From: Candidatus Parcubacteria bacterium
GTDB taxonomy: Bacteria > Patescibacteriota > Minisyncoccia > Minisyncoccales > JAGOPM01
Direction of reading: 5' to 3'
Length of the DNA: 40,161 bases
Assembly: GCA_017991975.1 (NCBI GenBank)
Contig: JAGOPM010000002.1
Coordinates: 1 to 40,161 of the forward strand
A program made the position numbers and the translations under genes. Below the pieces are notes generated by a model. The model saw nothing but the letters and a program-made list of their open reading frames with translations. It did not search any database and had not been told where the DNA came from. This document shows positions 23,935 through 32,269 of this stretch, piece by piece; within the stretch, counting starts at the first letter, position 1, and the number at the start of each line of letters is the position of its first letter.

Positions 23935-24972
23935 ATGAAAAACTGGCAAAAAATACGCAACAATCCAGCCTTAAAAGAACGCGAGATTAAACGCTCGCTA
24001 ATATTCCGCTATATTCGGGAATTTTTTGATAAGCAAGGTTTTTATGAGATCCAATGCCCTTTGCTTTTAGCCTGCCCGGGCATGGAACCCTATTTGGAAC
24101 AAATCGGCTTAGATCTTTATGATGAAAAGCGCAACAAATACCGTGGCTATCTTTCCACTTCTCCGGAATACTCAATGAAAAAAATGCTCTCTGCCGGCTT
24201 TGAAAAAATTTATAATATGGCCTCGGCCTTTCGAGGTGGAGAAAGTTTTGGCGGCACACATAATATTGAATTTACAATTTTGGAATGGTATCGCGCCAAT
24301 ACTGACTATACTGCCATTATGGAAGATGTGGAAGATTTGGCAATTTATTTGGCCCAGAAATTGCATGGAAAAACTTTAATAAAATATCAGGGGCAAGAAA
24401 TTGAATTAGCCAAACCTTGGCAAAGAATGACAGTCAGAGAAGCCTGCCAGAAATACGCCAATTTTGATTTAAGCGAAAATAAAGAATTAGAACAAATTAA
24501 AAAAACCGCGCTAGACAAGGGTTACAAAGTGGCAGACAATGCCACCTGGGACGATTTATTTTATCTGATATTCCTCAATGAGGTGGAACCAAATTTCCCC
24601 AAAGATAAACCTTTAATTTTGTGCGAATACCCCCTACCCCAAGCTGCTTTGTCAAAACCTTGCCAGCATGATCCTTGGTATGCTGAAAGATTTGAATATT
24701 ATATCGGAGGAATTGAAATTGGAAATTGCTTTTCGGAATTAGTTGACGGAGATGAACAATTAAAAAGATTGCAAGAAGAGCAAAAACTCCGCGGAATTTT
24801 GGGTAAAGAAATCTTGCCCATTGATATGGAATTTATTAAAGCTCTTAAAATGGGCGTGCCTGACTCTTCGGGCATTGCTGTGGGCGTGGACCGTTTGCAA
24901 ATGCTTTTGCTTGATGTCAAAGACATCAACGACTTATTGCCATTTCCAGACAAAGATTTGTTTAATTTATAA
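23935..24972 (+). CDS. epmA: EF-P lysine lysyltransferase (PoxA/GenX, class II LysRS paralog lacking the anticodon-binding domain)
   Basis: 345 aa. Class II aaRS motifs: FYEIQCPLL, the YLSTSPEYSMKKML-type motif 1/2 region, EWYRAN, and the GVPDSSGIAVGVDRLQMLL motif 3. Length and domain content fit EpmA rather than LysS. Confidence 0.8.
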   Translation: MKNWQKIRNNPALKEREIKRSLIFRYIREFFDKQGFYEIQCPLLLACPGMEPYLEQIGLDLYDEKRNKYRGYLSTSPEYSMKKMLSAGFEKIYNMASAFRGGESFGGTHNIEFTILEWYRANTDYTAIMEDVEDLAIYLAQKLHGKTLIKYQGQEIELAKPWQRMTVREACQKYANFDLSENKELEQIKKTALDKGYKVADNATWDDLFYLIFLNEVEPNFPKDKPLILCEYPLPQAALSKPCQHDPWYAERFEYYIGGIEIGNCFSELVDGDEQLKRLQEEQKLRGILGKEILPIDMEFIKALKMGVPDSSGIAVGVDRLQMLLLDVKDINDLLPFPDKDLFNL

Positions 24973-25020
24973 AAAAAGCAGGAGAGAATTCTCTCCTGCT
25001 TTAGGATTTAGTGTTTATTA
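24971..25020. terminator. intrinsic terminator block T-A', copy 2 of the 50-nt exact repeat; shared by convergent epmA and the GC-rich gene
   Basis: Identical to 19995-20044. Its last 3 nt (tta, 25018-25020) are the TAA stop of the GC-rich gene. Confidence 0.8.
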
Positions 25021-25911
25021 CAAAAGATCTGAAGAAAGGAAGGCCGAAGCGGAGCCGTAGTGCTCGTAGACGCTGCCGAACCAGTAGGCGTCGAAACAGA
25101 CCCTGTCGACGGCGAAGCAGCCGAAGAGCGGCGCGCTCGAGAAGCTGCCAAAGCCGCCCGGAGCGAACTCGTCACCCGCGCAGTCGACGTGCAACTGTTC
25201 CCACCGAACTTCGCGTTCCGGGTGGGTCAGCAGCATGATGCCGACAGCGAAGGCACCGAGACCGAACTCGTTGGCCTGGAAGACCTCGCGTGCCCGGCGA
25301 ACCGAGCGACCGCGATACCTGAGACCGAACTGGGCCGGAACGACGAGGATGTCGTGATCCTTCTGCTCGTCGCCGAGCTTCTGGAACATCTTCGCCGTCT
25401 TCGCGTGCTGGCGCAGGTACTCCGCTCCGAGCCGGCCGTCACGGTAGTCGTAGAACTCCCGCTTCGACGCGATCATCGCGAGCACCTTCTGGAGCGCCTC
25501 GCCGTAGGTCGGGGCGATCTTCTCCCACCTCGGAATGGCGAACCATCCTTCGGCGCCGTCGGGCAACTGCGGCAGGTTCTTGGCGTACTCGAGCGCGCTC
25601 GCCGGGTCGAGATCGAAGATCTTGGTGATTACCTTGATCTGATCCGCGATCGGCTTGGGGCCCTTGTACTCCTTCGGATACGCGTAGCTCGACTCGACTT
25701 CCTCGTGGGCGAACTGGTTGTACAGCGAGAGCTCCTTGATGCCGATGATGATGCGAGCTTGAAACTTGTCACCGTTCTCGATGAGCTTCTGGATGCCGTC
25801 CTTGTCGAGGAGACCCTCGGCGATTGCGCGATCCACGGCGTCTTCCGCGAACCGCTTGACCTGCTTCTTCTGTCCGTCTGTGACGGTGGTGATCAATGTT
25901 TCCATTGTCAT
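25018..25911 (-). CDS. GC-rich hypothetical protein (297 aa; 295 aa if the second ATG at 25905 is used), compositionally foreign
   Basis: AAGGAGG at 25918-25912, then ATGACAATG. Strong G/C third-position bias along the minus frame. Consensus promoter and terminator. The opposite-strand ORF 25060..25920 lacks any start context. No family recognised by me. Confidence 0.7.
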   Translation of the reverse strand: MTMETLITTVTDGQKKQVKRFAEDAVDRAIAEGLLDKDGIQKLIENGDKFQARIIIGIKELSLYNQFAHEEVESSYAYPKEYKGPKPIADQIKVITKIFDLDPASALEYAKNLPQLPDGAEGWFAIPRWEKIAPTYGEALQKVLAMIASKREFYDYRDGRLGAEYLRQHAKTAKMFQKLGDEQKDHDILVVPAQFGLRYRGRSVRRAREVFQANEFGLGAFAVGIMLLTHPEREVRWEQLHVDCAGDEFAPGGFGSFSSAPLFGCFAVDRVCFDAYWFGSVYEHYGSASAFLSSDLL

Positions 25912-26003
25912 CCTCCTTGATTTATAACGTGCTGCTATCTATTTTGTCTTGTCCCAGCCGCTGATTGCGGGGTATTTGAACAAGTTTTGACAGATATTGT
26001 TAT
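25912..26003 (-). promoter_or_regulatory. conserved 5' leader (leader A, copy 2)
   Basis: Part of the 131-nt block 25908-26038, matching 20279-20409 with 7 substitutions. Confidence 0.45.
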
Positions 26004-26009
26004 ATATTA

Positions 26010-26038
26010 ATTATATCATACTATCCTTATTTTGTCAA
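26010..26038 (-). promoter_or_regulatory. consensus promoter Pr-D (TTGACA-17-TGaTATAAT), paralog of Pr-A
   Basis: On the minus strand, TTGACA at 26038-26033, a 17-nt spacer ending in TGA, and TATAAT at 26015-26010. Confidence 0.7.
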
Positions 26039-26095
26039 GCAAACAGTCCCCTTGATTTTATAACATTTTTTTGATTAAATAATATTAAAATTAAT

Positions 26096-26653
26096 ATGAT
26101 AACAACAGCAGATTTCACCAAAGGAACAATTATAAAAATCGAAGGCAATTATTGGGAAATAACTGAATGCCAATTTGTTAATCCTGGAAAAGGATCGGCA
26201 TTTACAAGGACAAGGTTAAAAAACCTTAAAGACGGCCGCACAATGGAACAAACTTATAAATCAGGAGAAGAATTCCAAGATGTAGAGTATGACAAAAGAG
26301 ATGCCGTATTTTTATACAAAGACAGGAAAAATGCCGTTTTTTCAGTAGGAGAAAAAAAAGAAAGAATCAGTCTGCCTTTAGAAACTCTATCGGACAAAAT
26401 GCCCTACCTAAAAGAAAACACTGAATTAGAAATGATGTTTGCCGAAGGTCAATGTTTAACAATAATGCTTCCTAAAAAAGTCAATCTCAAAGTTGTTATG
26501 GCTCCGCCATCAATGAAAGGAAATACTGCCGGATCAGCTACGAAAACAGTAACAGTAGAAACTGGTTTAGAAATAGTAGTTCCAGATTTTATAAATGAAG
26601 GGGACATAATCAGAATAAACACTGAATTAGGTAAATATAGCGAAAGAGTTTAA
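26096..26653 (+). CDS. efp: translation elongation factor P
   Basis: 185 aa. The FVNPGKGSAFTRTRLKNLKDGRT loop carries the modifiable Lys in PGKG. Three-domain length. Confidence 0.92.
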   Translation: MITTADFTKGTIIKIEGNYWEITECQFVNPGKGSAFTRTRLKNLKDGRTMEQTYKSGEEFQDVEYDKRDAVFLYKDRKNAVFSVGEKKERISLPLETLSDKMPYLKENTELEMMFAEGQCLTIMLPKKVNLKVVMAPPSMKGNTAGSATKTVTVETGLEIVVPDFINEGDIIRINTELGKYSERV

Positions 26654-26663
26654 TAAAATATAA

Positions 26664-26708
26664 TGCACAAAAAAATCCCTGAAAGAAACAGGGATTTTTT
26701 TGTGCAAA
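26664..26708. terminator. bidirectional terminator (long palindrome)
   Basis: tgcacaaaaaaatccctg-aaagaaa-cagggatttttttgtgca between convergent efp and the HD gene. Confidence 0.75.
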
Positions 26709-26712
26709 ACAA

Positions 26713-27495
26713 TTATAATTGAAATTCTTTTATTAGAGATTCTTTACCATCTTTTACCATAATTGCATCAACGACCAGCAACCCTTCAATTCCCGATGTC
26801 TCAACTTTATCTCTGAGCAAATCGTCTATCTGAAATATCCCAGCATTATCGCTCATTTTAATAGCAATTCTTAAAGGTCTTTCTCCTTCCTGTCCTTTAT
26901 TTATTTCGACTTCTTGCACTGCCATAACTGAAACAGAATGAATACTTACGCTTCCAATTTCATAAGGTATTCTCCCCCTTCCCTTTTCCATATCAAGGGC
27001 ATCGGCAACTTTTACCACTCCAGCCTCAATTGTAAAAGGTGTTACATTGGGTTCGTGAGAAAAAATTATATGCATTGTCTCATTTTCAATAATTTGAGAT
27101 TCTATCTCGTTTGGATAAATTTCTTTGATTAATCTTTGAATAATCGGCTTGGCCACAATCAAACCTGTTTGTTCATGCTTTGTACGATGAATAACATGAC
27201 CTATATCATGCAAAATCGCGCCTAAAACAACAACTAATTCTGCGTCATCTTTGCTCATCTCATATTCAGAAACAATATTTGGTTTTATTCCCCTCTCCAT
27301 CAAAATTCTCAAAATCCTCAAAGCCGAATTGGCGACTATCTTAATATGAGTCGGCCCATGGTCATTTATTTTCATTCTTCCAATAGCATTAGCATTGCAC
27401 ATTCTCCAAAGATTCTGTAATTCTAAATCGTTCTTGATTTTTTTAATCAATAATTCAAGTTTGCTATTTTGTTCCGTTGGTATATTGAATTCCAT
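26713..27495 (-). CDS. HD-domain metal-dependent phosphohydrolase
   Basis: 260 aa. The H..(n)..HD signature is HGPTHIKIV ... AILHDIGHVIHR. Confidence 0.7.
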   Translation of the reverse strand: MEFNIPTEQNSKLELLIKKIKNDLELQNLWRMCNANAIGRMKINDHGPTHIKIVANSALRILRILMERGIKPNIVSEYEMSKDDAELVVVLGAILHDIGHVIHRTKHEQTGLIVAKPIIQRLIKEIYPNEIESQIIENETMHIIFSHEPNVTPFTIEAGVVKVADALDMEKGRGRIPYEIGSVSIHSVSVMAVQEVEINKGQEGERPLRIAIKMSDNAGIFQIDDLLRDKVETSGIEGLLVVDAIMVKDGKESLIKEFQL

Positions 27496-27521
27496 AAAAT
27501 ATTATCTCTATTTTTATTTTT

Positions 27522-28064
27522 TTAAAAATCACATACTCCCCATAATCCGATTTTATTTTTCTTTGCTTGCTGTTCTAAATCTGAAAAATATTTCATCAAA
27601 GAAAATTCGCTGTAAATAAAATTAAAAGCATAACCCTGACCTACTAATTTAGCATTCAATAAACTGTAATCTGGCAAAAAGACATAACGCAAAATTCTTC
27701 CATATTCATCTCTATCTCCAACCTTGGTATCTGACGACAAATATACATATTTGTCCGTTAATATTTTTTTGACATAATCGCTCGCTTCTTTTCCATAACA
27801 TTCAGGATTTTTGTAAACTTCGGGGGTATCTATCCCTATCAACCTCACAGTTTCTGTTTTTCCAGCAATCAATACTTTGATGGTATCGCCATCTATGACT
27901 TCCTGAACTTTTACATATATATCAGGAATATTATCATCAATAATATTTAGAGCAATATCACTTTTTCTGCTTTTCTGCAATTCAAAAACTACGAGCATAA
28001 CAGCTCCTATAATCAAAAAAACTATAAATATATTAATCAATAATTTTGATTTGACTGGGATCAT
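27522..28064 (-). CDS. membrane-anchored thermonuclease (staphylococcal nuclease/SNase family)
   Basis: 180 aa. TM anchor, then DGDTIKV...VRLIGIDTPE, YGRILRYVF and NAKLVGQGYA, which are typical SNase motifs. Confidence 0.8.
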   Translation of the reverse strand: MIPVKSKLLINIFIVFLIIGAVMLVVFELQKSRKSDIALNIIDDNIPDIYVKVQEVIDGDTIKVLIAGKTETVRLIGIDTPEVYKNPECYGKEASDYVKKILTDKYVYLSSDTKVGDRDEYGRILRYVFLPDYSLLNAKLVGQGYAFNFIYSEFSLMKYFSDLEQQAKKNKIGLWGVCDF

Positions 28065-28485
28065 TTAATATGATTTCTGCTTTTCCTTGATAACTTTTTA
28101 TAAGACCAGAAATTTCTAAATTTTTTCCATTATAAATGGAAACATCTCCAAATTTCTTTGAATCGCTTTTAAAAATAACTGCTGTAAACTGGCAAGTCTT
28201 ATAATCTTTGCAATAATCAAAGAAAGTAGTTCCTGAATTGCTCACAAAAACACTAACTATCCTCCCAACAACGCATCCTTTTTCTCCAATATGTTTTGCG
28301 GCATCCAAAAAATTGATACATTTTGAATCAAAAACGATTTTTTCTTGCGATGTTTCTTTTTCGCTAATATCTCCAACAATCGCTTTAGGAGAATTGTTTA
28401 ACCCTGATAAGAAAATAAAAATGCCTATTATCGTTCCAGCAATTATTATCGCAAAAAAATTTTTACTCTCCTGGGCTTGGTCCAT
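28033..28485 (-). CDS. membrane-anchored hypothetical protein, possibly OB-fold-like
   Basis: 150 aa. TM anchor plus a beta-rich C-terminal domain. Overlaps the nuclease start by 32 nt (likely co-translated). Confidence 0.4.
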   Translation of the reverse strand: MDQAQESKNFFAIIIAGTIIGIFIFLSGLNNSPKAIVGDISEKETSQEKIVFDSKCINFLDAAKHIGEKGCVVGRIVSVFVSNSGTTFFDYCKDYKTCQFTAVIFKSDSKKFGDVSIYNGKNLEISGLIKSYQGKAEIILNDPSQIKIID

Positions 28486-28520
28486 AATCTAATTTTATAG
28501 AATTAAATGATTCCTTGCAA

Positions 28521-28552
28521 TAAAAAAGCCTCTTAGAAAAACTAAGAGGCTT
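28521..28552 (-). terminator. intrinsic terminator
   Basis: AAGCCTCTTAG-aaaaa-CTAAGAGGCTT with a T-run on the minus strand. Confidence 0.75.
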
Positions 28553-28570
28553 AAACCCTGAATGAAACAA

Positions 28571-30649
28571 TCAATCTTTCAATTCTAATTCTGTAACTCT
28601 TGTCCAGGAATCCTGATTTATAATAATAATTTTATCATTGCCGATTATATAGAAATATTTATCTATATAAACTGCTCTCTGAGCATATATCTTATCAACA
28701 GCTTTTTTCAATTCAAGCTTATCTCCTTTATAAGAAAATAAATAGGCTCCTTGGCTTCCAGGAAGGAAAAAAACTTCCTTCTCTTTATCGGCTAAAAATC
28801 CATGATGATCATTTAAAATATTTGTGTAATATTCTTTTAGAGTATATTTATCTTTTTCTTGTGGATTGGAAGGATCAGAAACATCAAATAACGATAATTT
28901 CACATTTTGATCTTCTTTTCCTACCCCTAAAATAATATTATCTCTTAAAGGATGCAAATATCCTGAATATCCTGGAATTTTCAATTGACCTGCCATTTTT
29001 GGATTCTTTGGATCTTTTAAATCCAGAACGAAAAATGGATCAACTTGCTTAAATGTCACAAGATATCCTTTATCTCCAATAAATCTTGCTGAATATATTC
29101 TTTCTTCCAATCCTAAATCTTTTATAACTCCAGAAACTGCTAAATTAGAATCCAAAACATAGACATCATTTGCGGTATAATTATTCGAGAAATTTAATCC
29201 TTGCAAATAGATATCAAACCATCTTTGTCCTATAGTTGTGGCAACTCTTAAATTTCCCTGATACTCATCTAAAGAAAACTGATTTAATGGAGAGCCGGAA
29301 ATTTTCCCTTGAGCCTTAATATCAAAATCTTTCAAATCGATTTTTACAATTGCTGTTTGTTCCATTTCTCTCAAATGATCTTTTCTATAATCAGAAAATC
29401 TGTTAGTGAGCTCATTTTCCATTTTTAATCGCTGGTCAGGATCAAGATTCTGAATATAATTACTCCAAATAGTCTCGAATTCAACATTTTTTGCCTTCTG
29501 GCTGATATCATATCCATCAACCTTATTTAGCTTAACTATCAAATCTCCAGGAATTAAATCTCCGCATTTTTCAGAGAAAAATTTTGCAAAAAATTTTAAA
29601 TTATTTACATTAATTTGATATGTCGCATAAAGACTATTTTCCGACATATAAATAATGGAATCGTTCGAACTTCCTACAAAAGATATAGTCTTTTCAACCG
29701 ACCCAGTTTCAGGATTAACAATCATTCCCGTGAAAGTAGAATCAGTATATGAAGGTTCTATCGGATAATAAATATCTGTGCATTTTATAAGCAAATCTTG
29801 TCCATTATAAGCCAATGGTTTTATTGGGCAAGGATTAGAAATATTGATTCCACTTCTGGTTATCAGATAAATCTTTCCATTATATAATCTTGCTCCTGCC
29901 AAATAATTGCTTGATTTGTATTCTATCTTCCATGCCTGTACAGGATTTTTCTTGTCTTTTATATCATATCCATAAATTCCATCTTGTGAAAAAATTATCA
30001 ATCTGTCTTTTGACAATAAAATATTCCCCGCTTTTTTCAATTCTGATATTTTTCCGAGTCCTTGAACAGGAAACGCTGAAATGATTCTTGTTTTTGAATA
30101 ATTTTGATAATCAGGAGCAAATCCAGGAACTACCTTTAAAGTCATTACATCAGATGCTGCTGAATCCTCCATTGGCATTATCCACCCACCCCATCCTTGT
30201 TCGGAAAGATAAATATTGCTTCCATCTGTCTTTACTATATCGGGCTCATCAATAGAAAGAACTTGGGTATTTGTTTGAGAGTATCTCACCGCCTGAGAAT
30301 CTGCTTCTTTTTTAAGCATGGGAACAGGTGCAGCAGAATCATTAACTGCCATTGTTTCTTCTACATTAAATGATCGCGCGCCTCCGCCAATTCCTCCAGA
30401 AGAAATTTGATTATTCTCTACAAATTCCCTAAATTCTGAATCTGAAGAAAATTTCTTCATCGCTATATTGTTATTTACCTCTGTTTTTTGTTCTTCTTTC
30501 TTTTGTTCAGATTTTGGTTCATTAAATTTAGGCATCGTTATCTTATCCAATTTATCATAGTTGCTGGCTATGAAAAACATAGCTATCAAAGATAACCCTA
30601 TTATTACTGAAAATATAATTTGCCTTGAAAGGCTTGGTTCTTTTGCCAT
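28571..30649 (-). CDS. secreted beta-propeller domain protein (COG4880/Beta_propel-like)
   Basis: 692 aa. TM/signal anchor. DEPDIVKTDGSNIYL and the later DPFFVLDL..P..P...G.LKIPGYS..LHP pattern are typical of this family. Confidence 0.65.
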   Translation of the reverse strand: MAKEPSLSRQIIFSVIIGLSLIAMFFIASNYDKLDKITMPKFNEPKSEQKKEEQKTEVNNNIAMKKFSSDSEFREFVENNQISSGGIGGGARSFNVEETMAVNDSAAPVPMLKKEADSQAVRYSQTNTQVLSIDEPDIVKTDGSNIYLSEQGWGGWIMPMEDSAASDVMTLKVVPGFAPDYQNYSKTRIISAFPVQGLGKISELKKAGNILLSKDRLIIFSQDGIYGYDIKDKKNPVQAWKIEYKSSNYLAGARLYNGKIYLITRSGINISNPCPIKPLAYNGQDLLIKCTDIYYPIEPSYTDSTFTGMIVNPETGSVEKTISFVGSSNDSIIYMSENSLYATYQINVNNLKFFAKFFSEKCGDLIPGDLIVKLNKVDGYDISQKAKNVEFETIWSNYIQNLDPDQRLKMENELTNRFSDYRKDHLREMEQTAIVKIDLKDFDIKAQGKISGSPLNQFSLDEYQGNLRVATTIGQRWFDIYLQGLNFSNNYTANDVYVLDSNLAVSGVIKDLGLEERIYSARFIGDKGYLVTFKQVDPFFVLDLKDPKNPKMAGQLKIPGYSGYLHPLRDNIILGVGKEDQNVKLSLFDVSDPSNPQEKDKYTLKEYYTNILNDHHGFLADKEKEVFFLPGSQGAYLFSYKGDKLELKKAVDKIYAQRAVYIDKYFYIIGNDKIIIINQDSWTRVTELELKD

Positions 30650-30701
30650 ATTTTTGTTTTTAATTTAAAAACTTTTCTTGTTAAATTATAACAAATAGAA
30701 T

Positions 30702-30730
30702 AAAAAAAGAAACGGCTTAGCCGTTTCTTT
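30702..30730 (-). terminator. intrinsic terminator
   Basis: GAAACGGC-tta-GCCGTTTC with a T-run on the minus strand. Confidence 0.7.
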
Positions 30731-30737
30731 AAAACTT

Positions 30738-31664
30738 TTACCAACTCCCACTTGATCCTCCTCCACCAGAACTCCCTCCGCCAAATCCTCCACCTCCCGA
30801 CCCAGATCCCCATGATCCTGAACCAGGTCCTTTAAATTTTCCAGCCATATTTCTCACTATTTCAGAAAAAAAGCCACCGGTTTTCTGCCCTAATCGCGTT
30901 CTTGAAAGAAAAAAATCAAAAATAACTCCTATAAGAATACCAATAAAAATAAAAAATATAGCATCAGGAAAAAAAGTGACAATCATCAATGTTTTTAAAA
31001 ATACAAATAAAATAAACCCGACTATACCTCCTACTATTCCTCCTTGTCGACAAGATTTCGTCTTATAAGCAGTAGCCCCCAGACAAAAAATAAGAACAAT
31101 AGCTATAGATAGAAGAGGATATAAAGAAGAAGGAAGTTTCTGCGAAATATCGTTAAAATAATCTTTTGATGGCTGGTATTCGCCTTTTGTCGCGCTGATT
31201 ATTCCATCTAATGCCAAATCTATCCCTTGGAAATAATTCCCTTTCTTGAATTCCGGCACCATTTCTTGATTTATTATTTGGCTTGCTTGAGCATCGGTAA
31301 GCGCGCCTTCCAGTCCATATCCAACCTCAATTCTCATTTTCCTGTCATTTATGGAGATTAATATCAAAACTCCATTATCTTTCTCTTTCTTACCCACCCC
31401 CCAGTCCCCAAAAAGCTTTACGGCAAAATTTTCTATAGTATCTTTTTGCAAATCCTTAATTAGAACAATAGCAATCTCATTGCTTGTTTCTTTTTCGAAA
31501 TTGCCTATTTTTTCTTCTAATTGCTCTTTTTGGTTTTTACTAAGAATATCTGCATAATCGCTCACAGAACCTAAAGGCTGCCCTAAATCATAATAAGCTT
31601 TCCCTAAGAAAGGAAAGCTTAAAAATATAATCAATGATAAAAATATTTTTTGGTAATTCATCAT
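30738..31664 (-). CDS. TPM-domain (YgcG-like) membrane protein with Gly/Ser-rich C-terminal tail
   Basis: 308 aa. Signal peptide, the TPM core (VSDYADILS...EIAIVLI...GVLILISINDRKMRIEVGYGLEG), TM segments, and a GSGSWGSGSGGGGFGGGSSGGGGSSGSW tail. Confidence 0.75.
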   Translation of the reverse strand: MMNYQKIFLSLIIFLSFPFLGKAYYDLGQPLGSVSDYADILSKNQKEQLEEKIGNFEKETSNEIAIVLIKDLQKDTIENFAVKLFGDWGVGKKEKDNGVLILISINDRKMRIEVGYGLEGALTDAQASQIINQEMVPEFKKGNYFQGIDLALDGIISATKGEYQPSKDYFNDISQKLPSSLYPLLSIAIVLIFCLGATAYKTKSCRQGGIVGGIVGFILFVFLKTLMIVTFFPDAIFFIFIGILIGVIFDFFLSRTRLGQKTGGFFSEIVRNMAGKFKGPGSGSWGSGSGGGGFGGGSSGGGGSSGSW

Positions 31665-32221
31665 TTAGACAAATCAACTTTCGGAGCATTCTGAGCCTCT
31701 TCTTGAGATTCAAAATATGTTTTTTCAGAAAATCCAAATAATGAAGCTATCAAATTATTCGGAACTTTCTTAATAGAAGCATTGAATTCTTGAACTTTTT
31801 CATTATATCTCTGTCTTTCCACAGCAATTCTATTTTCCGTTCCTTCTAGTTGGACCATTAATGTATTAACTGTTTGCATTGAAGTAAGTTGCGGATAATT
31901 TTCCATCACAACTAAAAGCCTAGATAAAGCGCCTTCAACTTGAGTGGCTGCTTCAGCTTTTTGGTCTATTGTTTTTGCCCCTGAATATTTAGCACGCGCG
32001 TCTGCTAAATCTTTAAATATTGTCTGTTCTTGGGCCATCGCTCCTTTAACTGTTTCTACTAAATTAGGTATCAAATCAAGCCTTCTTTGATATTGTGATT
32101 CAACTTGCGCCCATTGAGCATTGATTCCCTCATCTAAAGAAACAAATTTATTATAAAATGACCAAAAATATCCTGCTAATAAAACTATTACGCCAAAAAT
32201 TATTAAATTTTTTTTATCCAT
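31661..32221 (-). CDS. lemA: LemA family protein
   Basis: 186 aa. TM anchor and the W.QVESQYQRR.DLIPNLVETVKG pattern. The LemA-TPM pairing is common. Confidence 0.85.
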   Translation of the reverse strand: MDKKNLIIFGVIVLLAGYFWSFYNKFVSLDEGINAQWAQVESQYQRRLDLIPNLVETVKGAMAQEQTIFKDLADARAKYSGAKTIDQKAEAATQVEGALSRLLVVMENYPQLTSMQTVNTLMVQLEGTENRIAVERQRYNEKVQEFNASIKKVPNNLIASLFGFSEKTYFESQEEAQNAPKVDLSK

Positions 32222-32269
32222 ATTTTTTATTATTTTTTATTATTTTTAATCCTTTGTTGCGGGACTAGG

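Noticed and set aside
25060-25920. 286-aa plus-strand ORF across the GC-rich segment
   Set aside because: It is a shadow ORF typical of GC-rich DNA, where stop codons are rare on both strands. It has no RBS or promoter, an Arg/Leu/Asp-rich low-complexity translation, and G/C concentrated at what would be its first codon positions. The minus frame has the RBS, promoter, terminator and GC3 bias.
19995-26038. Cloning-vector or engineered construct (EcoRI GAATTC in the terminator loop; SmaI, PstI, NdeI, BglII and XhoI sites nearby; cargo bounded by start and stop codons)
   Set aside because: The two shell copies differ by 7 scattered substitutions. The promoters and terminators resemble others in this genome. 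No vector backbone features are present. Six-cutter sites at this density are expected by chance. It is kept only as a caveat to be excluded with read data.
30604-30813. 69-aa minus-strand ORF rich in Trp/Arg
   Set aside because: It is an alternative frame of the Gly/Ser-rich tail of the TPM gene and the following terminator and intergenic region, and it overlaps the start of 28571..30649. It has no RBS.
32222-32250. AT-rich mini-repeat (tattttttat x2, then tatttttaat) upstream of lemA
   Set aside because: It is a low-complexity A/T tract in a promoter region, too short and degenerate to call a functional repeat.
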